Below are positions 25,497 to 35,879 of a stretch of DNA of 64,000 nt, in pieces. The first letter of the stretch is position 1, and each line of letters opens with the position of its first letter. The stretch spans positions 10,621,521 to 10,685,520 of the forward strand of contig CP154954.1 of the NCBI GenBank assembly GCA_039621445.1. The letters are read 5' to 3'. The stretch comes from Euglena gracilis (lineage: Eukaryota). Below the pieces are notes generated by a model that worked only from the letters and a program-made list of their open reading frames with translations, was not told the DNA's origin and did not search any database. Made by a program: the position numbers and the translations under genes.

Positions 25497-25570
25497 ATCC
25501 CAAGAATCCCAGAATCCCAAGAATCCCCAAGAATCCCAAGAATCCCAAGAACCCCAAGAATCCCAAGAAT
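25497..25570. repeat. 9-bp minisatellite (CCCAAGAAT)n
   Basis: About 8 copies. Confidence 0.9.
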
Positions 25571-27422
25571 CAATTCATTCAACAATCAAGAATTGCTGGG
25601 GCGGAAGGGACCTCACTCACCAGCAGGGCACGAAGTGAGAGGGGGGGAGGGGGGAGGGGGCTGGTCCAGGACCCCCCTCCCCCCTTTGCGTCAAAAAAAA
25701 AAAACGCAAAGCACCGGAAAATTTTTTTGATGGGCTTCAAACAGTGCGCAAAATTATCCCCCAAACCGGCTGTCACACAATGCACAGAAGCAGCAAGGGG
25801 GTATGGGGAGGACAAAGATAGAGCAAAAAAGGCTGGTTGGGGGGGGGGGACTTTGCTTATGGTGTATTTTTATTTTTTGGATTACAGCCGTCGCAAGGCG
25901 TCCTCCATATAGATGGCGCATTTGAAGGGTGGAGGAAAGGTAGTACACTGGATGGAAAGGGGGGAAATGCTGAATAAACAGCTTGATCTCCCATTAGATC
26001 ATTTTGTCTCCCGTCATTTTTTCCCACTCAGAACTCTGCCTACAAATTTGCAGTACCTCCTCCCTGGACTGCAGCTTATCCAAAATCGGCCAATCGCTGT
26101 CCAATTGGAAAATGGGTCAAACTACAGTGGCGTGATCAGAAATGCAATCACAGGCACGGTCGCCACACACTACACATTTGAGTGTGGTTTGACCATCACA
26201 CTCACACGGAAACAAAGCCTCAGGTGCACATTGTGTCTGACGTGCTGCACCCGAGGCTTTGTCCTTGATCCTATTAGCGCCGGGGACACGGCTTTAGAAA
26301 ATCTCTGAAGCTCAAAGTTCAAATATAATATTTTTCCCATGATTTTTCTTCCTGTAATTCTTCCCATAATGATTGTCTCTGACGTTTATCTGCACTGTAT
26401 CAGTGTAGGGGTGACAAATTAGCCACCACCATGCCCACTCAATTTTCCCGGAAAATGGCCAAAAGGTTGGGAAAATGCTAAAATAGCCCAGTTTTCAAAA
26501 ATTCTCGGCGCTTTCCGAAAAGTATACCCCCCCTGTGCGGACCCCCCAGGGGGGAGGCTCGGCCATGCACCCACCCAACCCCCCTCTCCCCCCAGGGGTC
26601 CAAGACTAAAAGAAAAACCCCTGTCCTCCACAGACACCACCACGGTGATGTGAGGTGGTCTGCGGTGCCACAGCCGGGGTCGGAGAGTGCCGCCCATGCG
26701 TGTTGAGGGCTCTGCTTTCGCCCATAGCATTTCTGGTTCAGACCAGAGATGTTTTTTTTTGAAACCTCTGCTTGCCATCCCTTGCCGAGGGAGGGGGTGG
26801 CACCTGGACCCCGGGGTATGAATGCAAATGTTATTTGCCAGAAATTTCCATGTTTTTATAAAAATTAATATCTGACATTATATATTATTAATATTATATA
26901 TAATATAAAAATTTCCATCCATATGTTTCTGGAGACAGAATTTTGGCCACAAAACGAGTTGCGGGTGCAATTTTTGAAACGTGCAATTTGCTATTTCCCG
27001 TCCATTCCTTCCATTGTTTAATCCAATCATGATTTGAGGTTAGGAAAGTGTTTTTCCAGTCGTTGCGGCGTTTTTTTTTTCGCCGACGTTGCCGATACAA
27101 TCACCCTGCCCATAGCTTTTTGGCCCAAGAAGCCAAAAAAGAAAAACGTTTGGTTCACTTTGGGTAAATGTTGTGCCCCTTTCGCTCAGCCAAATATCGG
27201 TTGCTGCGTTGGGCGAACTGTCCACATACCGGTGGGAAACTGCCTTTTCCGACTCTCCTCATCCCAAAAAGTCCCCACAATCCCCCCTGTAACCCACAGA
27301 ATATCTAACCCCGAGGCTTTGGGAGGCCTAAACAGCTGAGGTCTGTCATCATCCAACAGAGTGCGCCAACAAATGAATTGGCCCACAGAAAGTGCTGGGG
27401 GAAGAGGGGTCAGCCCCTGGCT

Positions 27423-27497
27423 GTTCGTCTTCATCGTTGCGCTGCCGCTTCCCGTTGTTACCGCCTTCGCCCTTCGTCTGCTTTGTGAGTTGGATGT
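27423..27497 (-). CDS. EAF6: Eaf6-like exon 4
   Basis: GAGCCTG AGGCC| pairs perfectly with donor GCT CAGGCTC. Confidence 0.72.
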
Positions 27498-30400
27498 GGC
27501 CTCAGGCTCTGCCAGCAGTTCAGCAAGCGAACGAAATCCTGCTTGCCGTGTTTATTATGGTTTGCAAGAGTCAACGTCAACTCCCCGGCCAAAAACGACA
27601 AATCAACTGCACAGGCCCCCCAGCATCAAAACAGTGGCATGGCCAAAATGACCAAATGCACCCATTCTACGCTATCGGTGAAGAGATTTAGGGCGTTTTG
27701 GGGCATTGGACAGAAGGTTATCAAATGAAAATTGCTGCAACAGAGCCAAAGAGAGAGAGGATAAAAAATTGAGAGACGAGAAAAAAAATCACTTCCAGGG
27801 AGCGAAATGACCTGGTGTGGCTGGAGGGATGGGATACAGCATCCGAGGACGAGCCTGAGCAGCCCTTCCAGCCGTTGAGGAGGCTGCGGAATGGGGACAG
27901 AGAGACGCGGGCAGGCAGGCGCTATGGCATGGCACTGTGCTCCTTTTGCTCTTGGTGGCGGTTGGCTGGTTGGTGGAAACCAGCTATCTGCGCTGTAGGA
28001 AGGAATGGCGGGTTGTTTGCTGCGCTTGAGTGCAGCGCTGGTAAAAACAAATTTTCCTTTGGGGGTTTCGGGATGGGGTTACAAAAAGAGTAGAGTCAGG
28101 CTGCTTTTTCTTCTGTTCACCAACCCTGGGGGGAGGGAGGAACTTTGTGCTATTTGGTGCCTGCCCATAGCAGGCACCCCCCCCCCAGTGCCTGCTAAAC
28201 CCCCCAAATAATACCCCCCCCCCCAATAATACCCCCCAAACAGAGGGGGGGGTATTCAACCAACCCAATTTTCCCTTGAAAATGGCCATTTTTGGACTCC
28301 CGACGCCGAAAGCACACTTCGCTGTTGGGGGGGGGGGGGGCTAGCCCAGCATCGAAAAAAGGAGCAAAAGAAAGCACAAAAAGACGCACATTTTTCGGGG
28401 AAAAAAATGTGCAAAAATAGTCAAATTTGAGAGAAAATGTGCAAAAATGACGAAAATGCAAAATTTGCCCAAACACCTGCAAAAAAAGGCACCAAATTTA
28501 CAATAATTGTGTGGAATTATGCGGTTTTTGAAAAAAAATTCAAAAAATTGCAAAAATTTACAAAAAATGGTTAAAAAATGCGGGAAAAAACAGTGAAACC
28601 CACAAAAAAAAAATACACCAAAAAGCAAAAAATGTGCTGAAAAAAAAGCGAAAAAAAAACGCAAAAATGCGAAACGCATTCCCCCCCTTGCACCGCCCAG
28701 GCCTGAAACCTGACCCCAGGCCTGCCTGAGGTGTGTTCTCTAAAAAGACTAAAAAAAAGAAGATGCTTAACAATTAAAAAAAAAACAGGGATAAGAAGAA
28801 GATAAGAAGTAGGTGGGCAAAGGGGCCAGCAATTTTGGGGCAGCGAAGGAGAGGAGCGACACAGTGGCAGCGCAAGGAGGGGTGACAATTGCTGGGGCGA
28901 CATAGCAATCATCTCGAGTATTTTCTTGTTTCATTTTTTTTGGATCATTACATTCTTGGGGTTTTTTTGGTAATGGGTCTGGTCAAAGGTTAACCAACGT
29001 TGAAAACAACAATATCTCAAAACTCCTTTTTTCGCACTGCTGTTCCTCATGAACAGCATGAGGAGGTGCCAAAACGGCTTGCACAAGACAGCAAGAGGGA
29101 GGTACCCATTGCCCGAGGGGGGGGGGGGGGGCAACTATTGTGCGGACAATAGGCTAAGGAAGTTTTTGGATCTTCTTCTGAAATTGCAATACTGGTTGCT
29201 GGTGTTTTCATCGACACAAACTGACCTGGGATCGCCAGCCAGCTCCGACAGATACTTCCCCTCCAGTTTATGGATCTGCTCCTCCAGCAGCAAGAGTTGT
29301 GCCCGATGTCGTTGGCCTTCTGGGTCACCAGCAAGCAGCTGATATGGTCAAGTGATTCCTCATGCACTTCTATGGATGCACTCCTGACCATTGAACCCCC
29401 CACACACAGACCCCCCAAATAAAAATGCTACAACAATAAAGCCCAGGGGGGCCACCGGCAGGCACCTATGGTCACTTCCCATTTTGGTGCTCTGGTCGGC
29501 CCTGGTCGGCCCTGGTCGGCCCTGGTCGGCCCTGGTCGGCCCTGGTCGGCCCTGGTCGGCAAATAGTCGGCCATAGGTGGGGGTATCTGTCACAGAAAAA
29601 GTGTGAAGGGATGCAATGATTTTCTGAATTGTCTCGCCAAGATCAAAAGGAAATGCTCCATAAGGCCTCCATTGGCTCCCCAAAAGCAACCAAAATGACC
29701 TAAAATGGCTTGAAATACCCAAAAATTGCCCAAAAACGCCAACAAAATCCACAAAAGATTGTGAAAAATGACCCAAAATTACCAAAAGGGCGCAAAATGG
29801 CCACAATGCCATAAAAAATGCTCAGATTGACCCAAATTAGCCCAATATTTGCCAAATCAGTGATAAATAGCCCCCAAATTAGCAAAAACTGGTCCATAAT
29901 GGCCAAAATGGGTGTAAAACTGGAGATTTGTGAGAAAATTATCCATGGAAGGGTACTGTGCACTTTCCTCCACTGAAGGACTCGCGACTCGCGACTTTGT
30001 GTATTAAATTCGCGGCTCGTTGGATGCCAATCCTGGCATCCAACAATCAGGGGTGCACAGTATGCGCACCCCTACAAGCATCCTCGGATTCACATGCCCC
30101 ACAAGCATCCACGGATGCACATGATCATGCACATGCCTACAACCGCGACCACAGTCGCCCGTTTATCCCACAACTTAAGATTCCCCCCATAACCTCCCTC
30201 TCCCACTGGAGCATCCACTCCAGGGAGTCACTCAGGGAGGGCCAGACGAGCCAGGGAGGAACACAGCACCAATGTGGAGGCTGTACCAGGGGTTTTTTTA
30301 AGACCGGGGGGGAGGGGGGGGTCCCCCCCACCCACCCACCCCCTGGGGGGGGCCCCCGGGGGGGGGTCCGGGGGTACCCACAAAAAAATGGCCGAAAAAT

Positions 30401-30673
30401 CGCGAAAAGTGCTAAAAATAGAATTTTTTCGGCGCCTGCGGCGCCGAAAAGTATATCCCACCCCCCTCCGGGGGGGGACCCCCCCCCCGGGGGGGGGGGC
30501 TCGGCCGGACCCACCCACCCTACCCCCCCCTCCCCACCCCGGGGGTCCAAACTTAAAAAATCCCTGGGCTGTACGCAGGTGTGCAACAGGGGCACGATAC
30601 CTTCGGCTCCAGGGGAGTCACACACCTCCCGGAGGGGGACGGAGAGGTCAGAGGCAGAGGCACGGGCCGACAT
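27423..30673 (-). CDS. EAF6: Eaf6/MEAF6-like histone acetyltransferase complex (NuA4) subunit; 3' exons unresolved (candidates ~27316-27352 and ~26627-26669)
   Basis: Exons 30673-30626, 29338-29226, 27883-27861 and 27497-27423 give MSARASASDLSVPLRELL...QLLLLEEQIHKLEGKYLSELAGDPSLLNGWKGYIQLTKQ...KRQRNDEDE. This matches the Eaf6 pattern LExQIxxxEGxYL...GWxxY. The DRLFS motif was not found. Confidence 0.72.
27861..27883 (-). CDS. EAF6: Eaf6-like 23-nt exon 3 (LLNGWKG)
   Basis: AG acceptor with pyrimidine tract; nonconventional donor. Confidence 0.75.
29226..29338 (-). CDS. EAF6: Eaf6-like exon 2
   Basis: LEEQIHKLEGKYL; GTCAGT donor; 5' part of the frame is uncertain. Confidence 0.75.
29493..29560. 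repeat. Decamer tandem repeat (GGTCGGCCCT)n
   Basis: Also at 30965-31018 and 31052-31108. Confidence 0.92.
30287..30566. mobile_element. hAT-like MITE (CAGGG...CCCTG) with perfect 8-bp TSD GGCTGTAC
   Basis: TSD at 30279-30286 and 30567-30574. Confidence 0.9.
30626..30673 (-). CDS. EAF6: Eaf6-like exon 1 (MSARASASDLSVPLRE)
   Basis: CCCTCCCCTGCAG acceptor 20 nt upstream of the ATG; GTGTGT donor. Confidence 0.65.
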
Positions 30674-31235
30674 GAAGGGCAGGCTGGAGTGGTCTGCAGG
30701 GGAGGGAGGGACGAGACAACAGAGGTGTACCCAGCAGTATGGGCCCAAATATGAACCCCACTTCAGCCATCCAAAATCCCCGCATCCAAAAAATCCCAAA
30801 AAAATCCCCGCATCGCCCTGCATCCCCCTGCATCGCCCTGCATCGCCGAAGGTGCTTGCCCAGCATCGCCCTGCATCGCCCAGCATCATCAGAGGTGCTT
30901 GTTCCAGAGGGAAAGCTGCCGAATTCCTTCATCCATTCCCCTTCGGTCGGCCAACCACATGCAAGTCGGCCCTGGTCGGCCCTGGTCGGCCCTGGTCGGC
31001 CCTGGTCGGCCCTGGTCGGAACCCCCACCTACGGGGGTCCTGATAACCATAGTCGGCCCTGGTCGGCCATGGTCGGCCCTGGTCGGCCCTGGTCGGCCCT
31101 GGTCGGCCGTAGGTGCCTGGCCACCGGCAACGCTTGGCCGCGATAAGCCATTTCTGCCCGCCTGAAAATATCCCCAAATTTGTCTGATTTCTCAAATTCA
31201 GTACCAAAAAAATCTCGTACAATTTGTGAGTAAAC

Positions 31236-33280
31236 CAGGTTTTGAATAGTGCTGAGCTCTTAAGATGCGCGCAAACGCGCATTTTTGATGCCCTATATGA
31301 ACTGGCTCCCTGGATAGACCCTCCAGGAAAGACCTGTGATGCCCATCATGACCCTTGATGCCCATCATGACCTGACGTAAAGTCCAAAGGGGGGGGGGGC
31401 TTATCCAGGGGGGGCGGGCCGATCTTAGACCCCTTCGCGCGTGAATAACTCGGGCCTGGCGGGGAGTTGGGGGTCAAACCCAGGTGATTCGAAAACTAGA
31501 AATCCAGTCGCTCGCGACCGAAATTTTTTTTTCCGGGAACGGGGCTGGGATGGTGGCCCCGAGGGGGGGGGAAAGGGGGAGGTTGGGGGGGTTTCCCCCA
31601 GGGGTAAGCTTCGCTCTTACCGATAAAGGGATAAGAGCTCAGCGACCAGGTTTTGAATAGTGCTGAGCTCTTAATAAGCGCGCACCCACCCCTTCATTGA
31701 CCCCTCCATACATACCGGCCCACTCCATGGAGCTCTTTTGCCTGAAATCCATGGGTTTTGTGCCAGAAACAGGGCGCCGGTGGGTCAAAAAAGGCTCATT
31801 TTCGGCTCCAAAACAGTTTTTCCGGGTCTGGGAGGCCAAAAAACATGGTTTTGGGCAAAAAAAAAATTTTCGATTTTTTTCGATTTGTTCGACCCGGTTT
31901 TGACCCAAAGTCAATGGGTCGGCGGCCCAAAACGGGTCGCTGGCGGGTCGAAAAACGCTCGTTTTCGGCTCAAAAACAGTTTTTCTGGGTCCGGGAGGCC
32001 AAAAAACATCGTTTCGGGCAAAAAAAAAATTCGATTTTTTTCGACTTTTTTGACCCGATTTTGACCCAAAGTCAATGGGTCGGCGGCCCAAAACGGGGCG
32101 CTGGCGGGTCGAAAAACGCTCGTTTTCGGCTCAAAAACAGTTTTTCTGGGTCCGGGAGGCCAAAAAACATTGTTTCGGGCAAAAAAAAAAATTTCGATTT
32201 TTTTCGACTTTTTTGACCCGGGTTTGACCCAAAGTCAACGGGTCGGCGGCCGAAAACGGGGCGCTGGCGGGTCGAAAAACGCTCGTTTTCGGCTCCAAAA
32301 CAGTTTTTCTGGGTGCGGGAGGCCCAAAAACATGGTTTCGGGCAAAAAATTTTTTTCGATTTTTTCGCCTTTTTCGACCCGGTTTTGACCCAAAATCAAT
32401 GGGTCGGCGGCCCAAAACGGGGCGCTGGCGGGTCGAAAAACGCTCGTTTTCGGCGCAAAAACAGTTTTTCCGGGTCCGGGAGGCCAAAAAACATCGTTTC
32501 GGGCAAAAAAAAATTTTCGATTTTTTTCGACTTTTTCGACCCGGTTTTGACCCAAAGTCAATGGGTCGGCGGCCCAAAACGGGGCGCTGGCGGGTCGAAA
32601 AACGCTCGTTTTCGGCTCAAAAAACAGTTTTTCTGGGAAAAGTGTACAAAACGGCCTGAAATGGCCCAAATTGGCCAAAAAATGCCCGTATCTCGGGCTG
32701 GGCGGGGAGTTGCGGGGAAACCAAAATCCCAGTAGATAGAGCGTTCCAAGGGCTTCAATATAGGTCTCCGAAGATTTCCTTTGATTTTGCATCCTTTTCG
32801 AGAAATTTTGGAAACATCGGTTTTTTTGACCCCCCACCCCCCGAAAACGGCTAAGTCGAACAGAGGGAAAAGTGTACAAAACGGCCATCTACACCGAAAA
32901 CGGCCGTATCTCGGGCTAGGCGGGGAGTTGCGGGGAAATCAAAATACGGCTTCAAATTAGGTCTCGGGACATTTCCTTTGATTTGGCTTCATTTTGGAGA
33001 TATTTTGAAAATTGACATTTTTTGGCCGAAATGGCAGAGTCCAAAGGGGGGGGGGGCTCATCCAGGGGGGGCGGGCAAATCCTACCGAGTTTGGACCCCT
33101 TCGCGCGTGAATAACTCGGGCCTGGCGGGGAGTTGGGGGTCAAACCCAGGTGATTCGGAAACTAGGAATCCAGTCGCTCGCGAGTGAGAAAAAAAATTCC
33201 GGGAACCGGGCCGGGATCATGGTGATAATTCGTCGGTTCTCCTGGTGGCCCCGACCCGGGGGGGGGGGGGTCGAGGGGGA
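31236..33280. mobile_element. Head-to-tail pair of Helentron/HINE-like units (31236-31646 and 31647-~33280)
   Basis: Both start CAGGTTTTGAATAGTGCTGAGCTCT; the junction reads TAAGAGCTCAGCGAC|CAGG. Confidence 0.7.
31770..32640. repeat. ~161-163-bp tandem repeat, ~5 copies, inside the element
   Basis: GGGTCGAAAAACGCTC recurs at 31945, 32106, 32269, 32430 and 32592. Confidence 0.92.
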
Positions 33281-34886
33281 CTGCATTTATTTTAGGTTGA
33301 CACTACCTGAAAAAAAAATTGGTACCAGTGGCACCAGTCATTTTTTCCAAAGTGTGCTGCTTTTTTGGAGGGAAATTGAGTATTTTCTGCCTTGCTTGAT
33401 TTCCTTCCCAGGGGAGTGGCAGGGGAGGGGAATATAATTTGGCAGCTGAAGTCCGGGGCCAGGGGGGATGATATTATTTGGGGTGGAAAATTGGTGGGGG
33501 GGGTTACGAGGGCCTATGAAGAGGTTACCAGGTTACGAGGGCCTTGCTCTTGATTTTTTCACCGGGCTGAAAATCTACAGGTTTCTGAAAACTTTTTGAA
33601 GCCTGATAAACAAATAAAAGCCTCCTAAACATAGAAACCCCCCAAATGGGGAAACCGACAAAATTATCGAATAGGAGATCGAATAGAACCCTCCTTCTAC
33701 AGAAGGGGGAGAAACAAAAGATGGAAGGGGGCGATGAAAAGATGCTCCAAGAGTGCCGACTTTTTGGAGTGACGTGGGCTTTCCATCACTTATTTTCTGA
33801 GAATATTGCCTTTTTGGACAAACAGATTCAAACCCCACCAGTTAAAACAGGGTCAAAAATGGGCCCAAAATGCATGAGGTGATCTCTAGGGAGAACCCCC
33901 CCCCCGGGGTCTTGAAACTCCGTTCAAATTTTGAAACAGTGGGGTTCTATATTGGGAAGTTTTTTTTCTTGTTGTCCGACGGTGGAGGATGTTTACTGTT
34001 TCCCGTAAACATGCTTCAAAACAAGTTCACGGGAAACTATAAACATGAACTTGCTTGGTTCCCGTAAACGAGCACAAAGTCCCCTTCACTCCTGAATGGA
34101 GTCTCGACTTTGTACCCTCACCTGCAGTTGGGCAGTGGACCACGACCTCCAACACCCCCCCTACCCCATGTGTCTGATGCAGCGACAGAATGGGTTAACG
34201 GGTTCCTGAAAGTTTGCTGGCTAAAAATTGATGCCATTTATTGGCATTGCATCACGGTCTCTACTTCCTGTAGGACAGGTTTGCTGGAAGAAAACGTGTG
34301 ATGACTATGTCGGTATGGTGGTGCACAGCTGAGGGGAGCGTTTCACCACAATATTTGACGGCGTATTTGAGGCGGTGGTCTCCTCTCAGCAAGGCAATTT
34401 CTGACTGAGTCGATATCTTTACAGGTTCCCGTAAACTGCATATCGTCTTGAAATCCCACCCAAATATTAAAGTGAGGGGGTAACACTTGGGGAGGTTAAC
34501 TTGAAGAAGGGCCATTTCAGGGTTTGAAATACGCGCCCAGTACAGGAAGGGGGGGGGGTGACATCCGTCCATCTAAACAGAAGTGTGACCCATTTTTATA
34601 TGGACCACAAGACCCTTTTTCGGGTTCGGAACAAGCAGCAGGCAGAGAAATCTCGCCACCGTGAACAAAAGGACAAAGTGATCACCCTTTGGCAAAATTT
34701 GCAAACAGGCTCAATTTTTCGGAACAAAGGGGTTTTTGTTTCATTTAAAGAATGGCTGAATTTTTCTTGTTCTGTTGCACCGCCCAACTACTTGGCGTGT
34801 AGGTTTATGGTGCGTTCTTCTGAAAAGTCAGCAGCTATATGATAATAGGAACAGGCTTTGAGACCGCCGGGGGAGGGGGTGTCACC

Positions 34887-35295
34887 CAGGGTTCGATATA
34901 AGGAGAGGAGGGGGGGTCCGGACCCCCCTGCGGGCCAGGAGGGGGGGGGGGGTGGGGGCCACCCCCCCCCACCTAAACAGTGGCGCGGTCAGGGTGACCG
35001 ATTTTCGGCCCGGCGCGAAGCACCGTGCCGAAATTTTTTGACCCCCCCAAATCGACCAAAAGTGCCATTTTGGGCACTTTTTGGGCAAAAATTGGCCAAA
35101 AATGCAAAAAAAATTCGGCGCAAAGCGCCGGAGGAGAAAATTGACCCTTTTTGGGGGGGTCCCGGGTACCCCCCCAGGGTCGGTCCGGACCCCCCTTGCA
35201 GGTGGGGGGGGTGGTCCGGACCCCCCTGCTGGCCAGGAGGGGGGGGGGACACCCCCCCACCTAAACCATGTACGCCCTCCTTATATCGAACCCTG
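34887..35295. mobile_element. hAT-like MITE (CAGGGTTCGATATAAGGAG TIR), degenerate 8-bp TSD
   Basis: Perfect ~19-bp TIR; flanks GTGTCACC / GGGTCGCC. Confidence 0.88.
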
Positions 35296-35879
35296 GGGTC
35301 GCCCCACTCATGGAGGCGTGGGACCCCCCCCAAAAAACCGGGTTGTCTGGAGGCATCCCCAAAAAATTTCTAGCAGGTACCCCTCTCAAAGTGAGTCCTC
35401 TGATCCTCGCTCCCCTCTGTGTGTGGTGGGTGCCACCTCCCAAAAGACATCACTGGTGGTGTTGTCGCTTTGTATGTGATTTTTCCCGGATCCTCAAAAA
35501 GCCAAATGCAGATGGTATCGACTGTGCAATTTCTCTCACACAATGCCTCAGCTGTTATGTGCCTGCTTGTGGCGTGCTTGCTTATGCTTTATTGTGGCAT
35601 CGAAATGTGAGCACCAATGCTGCCGATTTTCTTATTTCACGGTATGTCTTTTTTCATGTGTAAAATTCTCGGAAAATTCAAAAAAGAAGCAATGCAAGCA
35701 ATGTCAATCAAACTGACTGTTTTCTTTCGTTAGTTTCAGCGAAAAACGCGCAGTGCGCCGCCCGAGGGCCTGGGGCGACCCCCCAGGGGGTTGGTCCTGG
35801 ACCCACCCACCCCCCGGGGGTCTTCCGAGTAAAGAAGAAGCATGGGTGGGAAAGACTTGGACACAAACGGCCTCCGCGT

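Noticed and set aside
25913-26308. Sm/LSm-like ORF (PIAVQLENGSNYSGVI)
   Set aside because: Resembles the start of the Sm1 motif but lacks D-x-x-M-N and Sm2; low GC3; opposite strand to neighbouring genes.
29958-31043. 361-aa ORF
   Set aside because: Runs through a MITE, the antisense of an exon and decamer repeats; no domain.
31770-32640. CRISPR array or repeat protein gene
   Set aside because: Contiguous 161-bp tandem units with homopolymer indels and no spacers.
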